DNA of 64,000 bases, taken from assembly GCA_043823065.1 (NCBI GenBank), contig JBDRBB010000006.1:1-64000 (forward strand), read 5' to 3'. Made by a program: the position numbers and the translations under genes. Of this stretch, positions 49,117 to 57,446 are shown in pieces. The first letter of the stretch is position 1, and each line of letters starts with the position of its first letter. A model generated the notes under the pieces. That model was not told where the DNA came from and did not search any database. It saw only the letters and a program-made list of their open reading frames with translations. The stretch comes from Pseudomonadota bacterium. GTDB taxonomy: Bacteria > UBA10199 > 2-02-FULL-44-16 > DYJF01.

Positions 49117-49301
49117 TATCGAGTTTATCGAACTATTCTTAGGGTTCGATATAAGTATAGCATAATGGAAATGTATGGCAATTAATTATTTGTAGAATAT
49201 CGAACTTATCGAACTATTAATAAAGATAACTGCCTAAATTGATTAATTATATCATGCGTTTAGATTAAGATGCCTGCTGCTGCCAGAATAAGGGTTCGAT
49301 A
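49117..49301. promoter_or_regulatory. Cluster of TATCGAAC boxes upstream of fic
   Basis: Direct copies at 49126, 49198 and 49207; inverted copies at 49144 and 49294. Confidence 0.6.
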
Positions 49302-49313
49302 GAAAGATGTTGT

Positions 49314-50399
49314 TTAATTTGAGGTGGCGTAGGCAAGCCTTTGGTGCTCTTTGCAGCCGATGACTTTTAAAGGGGGGAGGGGTTTTGGGGGCTGGCAGTA
49401 TTGGGACGCAAATCTATTAATGCGCGCTATTTTTTCTTCCACTTTAGTTAATTCTTGATTATCTAAAGCATCTTTTAATCTTTCCACGGTGCGGCATTGG
49501 GCCTCAAAGTTATCACAAATCAAGACCATATCATGCTCTGATTGCAGGCTTTTTAGGGCTGCATCTTCTATGCTCATTTGACTGGTAATTCCTTTCATCA
49601 GCAGATCATCACTCATGATCAAACCTTGAAAACCAAATTCATCGCGCAAGATTTTTTTGGTAATAAGTTTGGAAGTTGAAGCTGGAAAGTCTGGATCCAG
49701 ATTAGGCAATAAAATATGGGCTGTCATTAGAGCTGGAAAGTTTGCAGCAACAGCCTGGCGAAAAGGAATAAGTTCGCAAGCATCCAGACGTTTTCTAGTA
49801 TGCGGCATAACCGGCAAGGCCAGATGCGAATCTAAATCTGTATCACCATGACCGGGAAAATGCTTGCCACAAGCCATAACTCCATTTTCAGTTAAGCCTT
49901 TCATAAATTGCACACCAAGTTCAGCCACAATTTTTGGCTCATGGCTAAAGGCGCGGTCGCCAATCACTTGATTAAAACCATTAGTAGCAACATCTAGAAC
50001 TGGGGCAAAGTTTAGATTTATGCCAACTGCGGAGAGTTCGAGCGCAAGAGCGGTGGCAACATCATACACCCTTTGACTTTGCTCAGGAAGAACATATCTG
50101 GACGGGATTGCTTCGCTGCGCTCGCAATGACGAGATGCAATTTCTTTCATGCTGGAGAATTGGGTAAAAGGTTCAGACAGGCGCATAACCCGGCCACCTT
50201 CTTGATCTACGCCAATAAAGAGTTTGCCCTCGCCTGCTTCTTGTAATTTTTGGATTAGATAATCAAGCTGCTTAACAGATTCAAAGTTACGTTTAAATAA
50301 AATCACGCCACCAATCTTTTCCTTGCGAATGAAACCTAAAAGTAGATTCGAGGGCTTTGTATCTGGGATACCAATGATTAACAATTGACCAATATTCAT
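49314..50399 (-). CDS. nagZ: Beta-N-acetylhexosaminidase (GH3)
   Basis: DQEGGRV, APVLD, KHFPGHG, DSH and SDDL motifs. Confidence 0.95.
   Translation of the reverse strand: MNIGQLLIIGIPDTKPSNLLLGFIRKEKIGGVILFKRNFESVKQLDYLIQKLQEAGEGKLFIGVDQEGGRVMRLSEPFTQFSSMKEIASRHCERSEAIPSRYVLPEQSQRVYDVATALALELSAVGINLNFAPVLDVATNGFNQVIGDRAFSHEPKIVAELGVQFMKGLTENGVMACGKHFPGHGDTDLDSHLALPVMPHTRKRLDACELIPFRQAVAANFPALMTAHILLPNLDPDFPASTSKLITKKILRDEFGFQGLIMSDDLLMKGITSQMSIEDAALKSLQSEHDMVLICDNFEAQCRTVERLKDALDNQELTKVEEKIARINRFASQYCQPPKPLPPLKVIGCKEHQRLAYATSN
50067..50131. repeat. REP-like family 2+1 composite inserted in frame in nagZ
   Basis: CACCCTTTGACTTTGCTCAGG and GGATTGCTTCGCTGCGCTCGCAATGAC match the intergenic copies. 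Confidence 0.85.
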
Positions 50400-50400
50400 A

Positions 50401-50509
50401 AATTCTAATTCCTAATATCTAAATCCTAAACAAATTCTAATTACCAAATTTCAAATGATCAAAACATTTTAATCCTTGTTTAGAGTTTAGATATTAGTAT
50501 TTAGATATT
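50401..50509. repeat. Degenerate heptamer arrays in inverted orientation
   Basis: AATTCCT/AATATCT/AAATCCT units, then AGAGTTT/AGATATT/AGTATTT/AGATATT units. Confidence 0.7.
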
Positions 50510-50515
50510 GCTCTT

Positions 50516-51319
50516 TTAACGTCCTCTTGGAGCCAGTTTATCCCTCAACCCATCGCCCAAAAAATTGAAACCCAACACAGTTATCATAATAAAAATACCA
50601 GGAATTATAGACATAAAAGGTGCAAGCAACAAGTATTGGGTGCCTTGATCAATCATAGCTCCCCAAGATGGCGTGCCCACTGGCACTCCCAAGCCTAAAA
50701 AAGAAAGTGATGATTCAATCATAATCACGCCAGCCATGCCAAAGCTGGCATTAACCACAATCGGACCAATCATGTTGGGCAGCAAATATCTAAAATACAT
50801 GCGCCATCTGGAAATTCCAATAGCCCGACCTGCTAAAACAAAATCGCGCTGCTTTAAGGCCAAGGTCTGGCCACGTACCAGTCTGGCATAGGTTACCCAA
50901 CCTTTTAGACTAAGAATTATAACTACATTGATTACAGATGGAGTTAAAAAAGCAGCAACAGCAATGGCAAACAAAAAACTGGGAAATGCTAAAAACACAT
51001 CTGATATAAATAAGAAAATATGATCAATTAAGCCACCAGCATAACCTGCAATTAAGCCTGCAATACAACCAACCACAATGGAAACTGAAACCACAGCCAC
51101 ACCAATGCCTAAAGATATACGGGCTCCATAAATAATTCGGGAAAGAATATCTCGGCCATCAGCATCATTGCCAAACCAATAGCCCCAATGCGGTCCATCA
51201 AATTTTAAATCAAGCTGATAAACATTTGGATCATGCGGAGCCAACCAAGGCGCAAGAATAGCAACCACTAAAAGTGCTAAAATTATAATCGCTCCTAATT
51301 TTGCGGTCCAGGTATTCAT
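50516..51319 (-). CDS. Peptide ABC transporter permease (OppC/DppC)
   Basis: GRDILSRIIYGARISL and ESSLSFLGLG. Confidence 0.93.
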   Translation of the reverse strand: MNTWTAKLGAIIILALLVVAILAPWLAPHDPNVYQLDLKFDGPHWGYWFGNDADGRDILSRIIYGARISLGIGVAVVSVSIVVGCIAGLIAGYAGGLIDHIFLFISDVFLAFPSFLFAIAVAAFLTPSVINVVIILSLKGWVTYARLVRGQTLALKQRDFVLAGRAIGISRWRMYFRYLLPNMIGPIVVNASFGMAGVIMIESSLSFLGLGVPVGTPSWGAMIDQGTQYLLLAPFMSIIPGIFIMITVLGFNFLGDGLRDKLAPRGR

Positions 51320-51333
51320 AATATTCTCAGCTT

Positions 51334-51422
51334 GTCATCGCGAGGAGTCCTGCGAAGCAGGACAACGTGGCGATCCCGGTTTCTCACGGGATTGCTTCGT
51401 CGCTAACGCTCCTCGCAATGAC
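51334..51422. repeat. Inverted pair of family-1 REP-like palindromes (BIME-like)
   Basis: GTCATCGCGAGG...GCGATCC plus GGATTGCTTCG...CCTCGCAATGAC. Confidence 0.88.
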
Positions 51423-51429
51423 AACTTTT

Positions 51430-52347
51430 CTACAACCGTATACGCGGGTCAAAAAGTTTATAACACACATCCACCAACATATTAATAATCACATAGGCAA
51501 AAGAAATAATTAAGATGCAACCTTGCACTACCGGATAATCGCGCCGATTAATTGAATCCAAAAGCAAGGTTCCCAGGCCTGGCCAGGAAAATATTTTTTC
51601 CGTAATAATGGTTCCAGCCAGTAAAGTAGCAACTTGCAGGCCCACAATAGTGATAATTGGATTTAAGGCGTTTTTAAAAGCATGCTTAAAAATCACTTGC
51701 CGCTCAGAAAGACCTTTGGCCCTCGCAGTAGTTACATAATCTGCTTTGATTTCTTCAATCATGGAAGAACGGGTCATGCGGGAAAGCATGGCAGCCAAGG
51801 CTGCGCCCAAAGTAATGGCCGGCAAAATGATTGAAATTAAAGAACCTCCGCCAGCAATGGGCAACCACCCTAGATACACGGAGAAAATTAAGATTAGAAC
51901 CGGGCCTAGCCAGAAATTAGGCACAGAAATCCCAACCAAAGCCAAAAACATAGCTGAGGAATCCCAAATTGAATAGCGCTTAATTGCCGCTAAAACACCC
52001 AGGGGTATGGCTACTAACACAGCCACAAACATGGCAGCACAGGCTAAAAGCAAGGTTGCAGGATAACGCTCTTTCAAGTTTTCTATAACTGAGCGGCCAT
52101 TAAAAATAGATGTGCCCCAATTGCCAGTTACCAAACCTTTTAGAAAAATTCCATATTGCACAGCAACTGGCTTATCTAAATTTAATTCCCGGGAAATGCG
52201 TGCTCGGTCTGTGGGCAAGGCTTGCTCGCCAATAATTAAATCAACTGGATCACCTGGAATAAAATGAATCAGAAAAAATACGATTGTAGAAACCGCAAAT
52301 AAAATAGGAATGATGGCTAGTATTCTTCTAAATAAATATCTGCTCAT
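51430..52347 (-). CDS. Peptide ABC transporter permease (OppB/DppB)
   Basis: PGDP, TARAKGL and RDYPVVQG motifs. Confidence 0.94.
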   Translation of the reverse strand: MSRYLFRRILAIIPILFAVSTIVFFLIHFIPGDPVDLIIGEQALPTDRARISRELNLDKPVAVQYGIFLKGLVTGNWGTSIFNGRSVIENLKERYPATLLLACAAMFVAVLVAIPLGVLAAIKRYSIWDSSAMFLALVGISVPNFWLGPVLILIFSVYLGWLPIAGGGSLISIILPAITLGAALAAMLSRMTRSSMIEEIKADYVTTARAKGLSERQVIFKHAFKNALNPIITIVGLQVATLLAGTIITEKIFSWPGLGTLLLDSINRRDYPVVQGCILIISFAYVIINMLVDVCYKLFDPRIRL

Positions 52348-52352
52348 TGTTT

Positions 52353-52417
52353 CACCCTTCGACTAGCTCAGGATGAACGGAAAATAGTCTCCGTTCATGC
52401 TGAGCTTGTCGAAGCAT
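52353..52417. repeat. Inverted pair of family-2 REP-like palindromes
   Basis: CCCTTCGACTAGCTCAGGATGAACGG ... CCGTTCATGCTGAGCTTGTCGAAG. Confidence 0.88.
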
Positions 52418-52430
52418 ATAATAGTATATC

Positions 52431-53948
52431 CTACTTTTTACTAATATTAACAAACGTTTGGTAAGACGCATCTGGTCTTAAACTTACCCCTTTTAAGTTC
52501 GGCTGATAAACTACGACATTTTTTTCATACCATAAAGGAATAAAAGGTAAATCCTCAAACAAAATCTGCTGCACCTCTATATATAATTGTTTCCGCTTTT
52601 CTTGATCCAAGGTTATGCGCGCCTGAGCAACCAATTTATCCACCTCTGGATTACTATAACGATCGCGATTAACCCCTTCAGGAGAAAATTGCGAAGAATG
52701 ACAAACATCATAAAAGAAATCTGGCTCAGTTATGCCCACCCAAGCTAACGTATAAAGTTGAAAATTGCCGGTTTTAACATCCCGATAAAATGTACCCCAT
52801 TCATATGATTGGACATTAGAATTAATCCCCACTAAAGAAAGTTGATAGGCAATCATTTTGGCAATATCTACCCGCTCCTTAAGCGTGGAAGTTTTTTGGG
52901 AAAGCGCAAAACGCGGCTTATCTTTAGCCGTTCTTTTAAAACCAGCTTCATCTAAAAGCTTGCGCGCTTTACGTGGATCATATTCATATTGTCCCAAGTT
53001 TTTGTCATAAGCCCAATTTGATGGAGGCAACAAAGAGTTTGCTTTTTTTGCCAAGCCATCAAACCGATGATTAATAATCTCATCACGATTAAGAGCATAA
53101 GCCAAAGCTTGCCTAACTTTTTTATGTTTCAGAATATCATCTGTAAGATTTATTCCTAGATAGGTCATATTAATACCATCATCTGAGAGCATTTTGAGAT
53201 TATATTTTTTGACCAAGCTAGGAATAAGCAAAGCTGGAATACCATTTTGCACTAAATCAACTTCCCCTTTTACCAACTTCAAAACCCGAACATTATCATC
53301 CTTAATAACTTGAAAATTTAAATGTTGAAGTTTTGGTTTGTGGCCAAAATAATCAGGATTAGCTTCCAATTCAACAACTGTATCAGGCTCAAAATGCTTT
53401 AATTTATAAACACCTGTGCCAATTGGCTGGGAAGGGTTAAGGTGAGAAACAATACCCATGGTCAGCAAGGTTAAAAATGGGGCATAAGGCTCTTTCAGTT
53501 CAATTAAAACAGTATAGGCATCCAAAGCTTCCATTTTTTTAATCCGCGCAAAAGATTCTCGGTAAGGAGAGATTAGTTTGCCATTTATAATAGATTGATA
53601 AGTATAGAGCACATCTTGCGCTGTAAAAGAACTACCCGAATGGAATTTTACCCCTGGACGCAGATAAAACTTATAAACAGTATCTCCTTCTAGCTCATAT
53701 TTTAAAGCCAGATTTGGAATGAGGCTGGAACTAGCATCTCTGGCAAAAAGTCCATCAAAAAGTAATTTGCAGATCTTAGTGCCTTCAGCATCTGAAGCTA
53801 CCCTAGGATCTAGATTTAGTGGGCCCATGGCAATGGCTACTTTCAGGGTCTGCTGATCTTTAATACTGGTATCTGACTTGTGGCAAGCCAGCCCCATGAC
53901 CAAACAGCATAAAATTACTACTAAATTGACAGCGCTTGTCATCTTCAT
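52431..53948 (-). CDS. Peptide ABC transporter substrate-binding lipoprotein (family 5)
   Basis: GLAC lipobox; LRPGVKFH, PIGTGVY and KVRQALAYA. Confidence 0.92.
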   Translation of the reverse strand: MKMTSAVNLVVILCCLVMGLACHKSDTSIKDQQTLKVAIAMGPLNLDPRVASDAEGTKICKLLFDGLFARDASSSLIPNLALKYELEGDTVYKFYLRPGVKFHSGSSFTAQDVLYTYQSIINGKLISPYRESFARIKKMEALDAYTVLIELKEPYAPFLTLLTMGIVSHLNPSQPIGTGVYKLKHFEPDTVVELEANPDYFGHKPKLQHLNFQVIKDDNVRVLKLVKGEVDLVQNGIPALLIPSLVKKYNLKMLSDDGINMTYLGINLTDDILKHKKVRQALAYALNRDEIINHRFDGLAKKANSLLPPSNWAYDKNLGQYEYDPRKARKLLDEAGFKRTAKDKPRFALSQKTSTLKERVDIAKMIAYQLSLVGINSNVQSYEWGTFYRDVKTGNFQLYTLAWVGITEPDFFYDVCHSSQFSPEGVNRDRYSNPEVDKLVAQARITLDQEKRKQLYIEVQQILFEDLPFIPLWYEKNVVVYQPNLKGVSLRPDASYQTFVNISKK

Positions 53949-53994
53949 TAGTATTCCTTTTATAATTTACTAGTTTCGCATAGAGGTACTAACA

Positions 53995-55437
53995 ATGTCA
54001 ATTAAGTCACGATTTAGCAAAAAACTTGGTCTGCTGGCATCTATCTTGATCATTACCAGTTCTTTTAGTGCCCACGCTGACTCTTTAAATGAAAAAGTTG
54101 AGCGAATTATTGCTAGTTCTGGTTTTGTTCTGGAACAAACAGGAGTGGCTGCCATGAGCGTTAAAGATGGTAAAACTTTGGTTGATGTTAATGGCAACCT
54201 CAAGTTAAATCCTGCTTCTTGCACAAAAATTATTACAGCAGCAGCTAGCTTAGAGGCCTTGGGTTCTGACTACAAGTTTGAAACAATTTTTTGGGTAGAT
54301 CAGCCTATAGATAAAACCGGACAAATAGACACCCTATTTATTTCAGGCAATGGAGATCCATCCTTAGTATCTGAAAAACTTTGGCGCATGGTTGGTAATT
54401 TGGCTAATCATGGCCTAAAAAAAATTACCAAGGAGATTGTCATTGATAATAGTTTTTTTGATGGCCCATCATATCCACGCAAAAATGGTAATGAAGATCG
54501 TGCTTACACAGCTCATACTTCTGCAGTTGCGCTTAATTTTAATACAATCATGATTATGGTAATGCCTCCTTTGCCTGACAGCAAAGATCCACGTGTACTA
54601 GTTGAGCCGGAAAATGATTATATCAAAGTTATAAATAAAGTAAAAACTGGCGCCAAATTTAGCATTGGTATTAAAAACGATCAAAAAAATAATCATTCTG
54701 AGGAATTTAAAATTACTGGCACAATTCCTGTAAACAGCAAACCCGCGGTTTTTTATAAAAAAGTGCTTAACCCCTCATTGTATGCCAGCGCTGTGCTAAA
54801 AAAACTCTTGGCTCAAAACAACATTGATTTCCAAGGAAAGGTGCGCATCGGCAAGACTCCAAGCTTGGCCCAGCCCATACTTTTGGAAAAAAGCAAGCCT
54901 TTAGCTTCAATTGTGCGGGATATGATGAAGTTCTCTAACAACTTCACTGCTGAGCAACTCACGAAACATCTAGGAGCTGTGCGCAAAGGAAAACCTGGCA
55001 GCACTGAAAAAGGAATACAAGTTCTACAGGAGTATTTAACTTCTTTGGGTATAACCCCTGACACCTATGATCTGGAAAATGGTTCAGGATTGTCCACCAA
55101 AAACCAACTTACAGCCTGGCAGCTGGTTAAAGTTTTACGTGCTGTATATAATGATTTCAAGGTTCAACCAGATTTTGTTGCTTCCTTAAGCATTTTAGGA
55201 GTTGATGGCACCATGCAAACTTGGAAACAAGCACCTCAGCTTAGAGGTGATTTGCGCGCCAAAACCGGGTCTCTAGCAAATGTTAGCACCTTGGCTGGTT
55301 ACATCCCTTTAGAAAATGGCGATATTGTAGCTTTTGCAATTTTGATTAATGGCTTCAAAAAAGATTATTATTCCAAGCATCAGACCCAAAAAGGTGAATT
55401 AAAAATTGTTTCAGAAATTGTTAAATCAGGCCTCTAA
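53995..55437 (+). CDS. dacB: D-Ala-D-Ala carboxypeptidase/endopeptidase PBP4
   Basis: PASCTK (SxxK), SNN, ENGSGLS and KTG motifs. Confidence 0.95.
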   Translation: MSIKSRFSKKLGLLASILIITSSFSAHADSLNEKVERIIASSGFVLEQTGVAAMSVKDGKTLVDVNGNLKLNPASCTKIITAAASLEALGSDYKFETIFWVDQPIDKTGQIDTLFISGNGDPSLVSEKLWRMVGNLANHGLKKITKEIVIDNSFFDGPSYPRKNGNEDRAYTAHTSAVALNFNTIMIMVMPPLPDSKDPRVLVEPENDYIKVINKVKTGAKFSIGIKNDQKNNHSEEFKITGTIPVNSKPAVFYKKVLNPSLYASAVLKKLLAQNNIDFQGKVRIGKTPSLAQPILLEKSKPLASIVRDMMKFSNNFTAEQLTKHLGAVRKGKPGSTEKGIQVLQEYLTSLGITPDTYDLENGSGLSTKNQLTAWQLVKVLRAVYNDFKVQPDFVASLSILGVDGTMQTWKQAPQLRGDLRAKTGSLANVSTLAGYIPLENGDIVAFAILINGFKKDYYSKHQTQKGELKIVSEIVKSGL

Positions 55438-55438
55438 C

Positions 55439-57064
55439 ATGAAACCAGGTTCAGAAAAAAAAATTATCAACTTGCTGTTAATTGTTTGTTTAAGCCTGGG
55501 CTTTATCTCTTTGGTTGTGGTCTATTTGCCAGACAAAATTCAAGGCCAAGAACAAAAAATCAAAAAAGAACCTCAACCTAAACGTCTATCAGATCTATTG
55601 CCGCAAAGATCTGCTACAGAAGCAAAGAAAGACGTTGAATTAGCCCAAGGCATAATCTACTCGAGATTTGTCCCAGAACCAAAACCTGAGCAGATTCAAA
55701 AAGATGCTGAGACACAAACCACTCAAACTGTTGTTGTACCAGCTAATGCTACGGTTCAAAATAAAGTTCATGCTGTTTCCAGCCTAACTAATAATAAGCG
55801 GCCTTCAATTTCCTATCAATTTAAGACACCAATCGCCTTGGAACCAGATGTAACTTTTTGGAAATATATCTACACCAAATACGATTCACACCAGGAAGTG
55901 TTTCATGACCCCAGATATTTAAACATAATTTATAGCGTCCTGGATTTTAAACACATTGATAATAATCAAGATTTAACTGAATTCGAGCGCCAAGAAAAAA
56001 GAAAAGATTTTATAGAGGCTGAAAAAGAAAGAATTTTAGTTATTTTGAAAAAGCTGCAGCAAGAAATACTTGAAGACAAGCTGACTGCTAAGGAAAAACA
56101 CATTCAACGGCTTTTTTCCACTATTTCTGAACAAGCTAAGTTTGCAAATGCAATTGAGCGCGGGGTGCGCGCCCAAACCGGACAAAGCGACAAATTCTTG
56201 GCTGGCCTAAAATATTCTGGTCGTTATCTTGGAGAAATGGAAACAATTTTTGAAATTGAAGGCTTGCCGCGCGAATTAACCCGCCTGGTATTTGTGGAAT
56301 CGATGTTTAACCCTGATGCTCATTCTGCAGTTGGCGCCAAGGGTTTCTGGCAGTTCATGAAAGCAACTGGCAAAATTCATGATTTAAATATTAATTCTTT
56401 GGTTGATGAGCGCGCAGATCCCATACATTCCACCTATGCTGCCACCCGCCTGCTAAAGAAAAATTATGAAGAACTAGATTCATGGCCTTTGGCGATTAAT
56501 GCTTATAATGCTGGACTAGGAAGATTAAAACAAGCTAGAAAAACAATGGGCACTAGCAACATCACCACCATTGTGAGAAATTTTAAACATCCTGCTTATG
56601 GGTTTGCTTCGCGCGATTTTTATATGGAATTTTTAGCTGCTTTAGAAATTGTCGAAAATTATGAAAAATATTTTGGTAAAATTGCCTTTGACCAACCCTT
56701 GCGCTATGATGTGATCAAACTAAACCGCCCGATTTTATTAAAACAACTCAGTCAAGACTGTAATGTGCCTAGCGAACAAATTGCTGAATTTAATCCTGGT
56801 CTTCGGGATAATGTTATATACGGCACCAAACATCTTCCTGCTTATTATGAATTAAAATTACCGGAAAAAACAGGCAATGCTTGCCTGACCCAGGCCTATA
56901 ATGCACCTACTGTAACCCAACTCTGGCATGTGGTTGAAAATGGTGAAACAGTCAAGGATATTGCCCGCCTGTATGGTCTTTCTCAGGAAAGGTTACTAGA
57001 AATTAACAATCACTTAAATAAACACAAACAACTAAGACCTGGTCAAAAAATTAAGATCTATTAA
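55439..57064 (+). CDS. Lytic transglycosylase with LysM (MltD-like)
   Basis: VES, GFWQFM, DER.DP and AYNAG; C-terminal LysM. Confidence 0.9.
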   Translation: MKPGSEKKIINLLLIVCLSLGFISLVVVYLPDKIQGQEQKIKKEPQPKRLSDLLPQRSATEAKKDVELAQGIIYSRFVPEPKPEQIQKDAETQTTQTVVVPANATVQNKVHAVSSLTNNKRPSISYQFKTPIALEPDVTFWKYIYTKYDSHQEVFHDPRYLNIIYSVLDFKHIDNNQDLTEFERQEKRKDFIEAEKERILVILKKLQQEILEDKLTAKEKHIQRLFSTISEQAKFANAIERGVRAQTGQSDKFLAGLKYSGRYLGEMETIFEIEGLPRELTRLVFVESMFNPDAHSAVGAKGFWQFMKATGKIHDLNINSLVDERADPIHSTYAATRLLKKNYEELDSWPLAINAYNAGLGRLKQARKTMGTSNITTIVRNFKHPAYGFASRDFYMEFLAALEIVENYEKYFGKIAFDQPLRYDVIKLNRPILLKQLSQDCNVPSEQIAEFNPGLRDNVIYGTKHLPAYYELKLPEKTGNACLTQAYNAPTVTQLWHVVENGETVKDIARLYGLSQERLLEINNHLNKHKQLRPGQKIKIY

Positions 57065-57110
57065 ATAATATTTGCTAATTTTAGACATGGATGACATACA
57101 GGTAACCACT

Positions 57111-57446
57111 ATGAAAAAAAGATATTTAGCTTTGTTTATAGTTTCGATTTTTTGCTTCAGCCTATTGGCTATAGGCTGCGGTCGAATTCCCAAACCTTCT
57201 CGTTCTCAACATTTAATTGAAAAACATTTCAAAAAATACGCAAAAAAATTTTCAGACACTATTTACGCTGAAAGTGGCGTAAAAAAAGTTGAAATTGAAA
57301 ATCAAACTGAAATTCGTAAAGACTATGTTTCTGTAGAAGCATATGTAATTCTGAAAAATGAAAATGTACGGAAAATCTATGCCACTCTAAGAAAAACTTC
57401 CATCGGCTGGAAATTTATTTCTTGGGAAGATGCTACTGGGATCTAA
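57111..57446 (+). CDS. Hypothetical lipoprotein
   Basis: MKKR signal with LAIGC lipobox. Confidence 0.7.
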   Translation: MKKRYLALFIVSIFCFSLLAIGCGRIPKPSRSQHLIEKHFKKYAKKFSDTIYAESGVKKVEIENQTEIRKDYVSVEAYVILKNENVRKIYATLRKTSIGWKFISWEDATGI

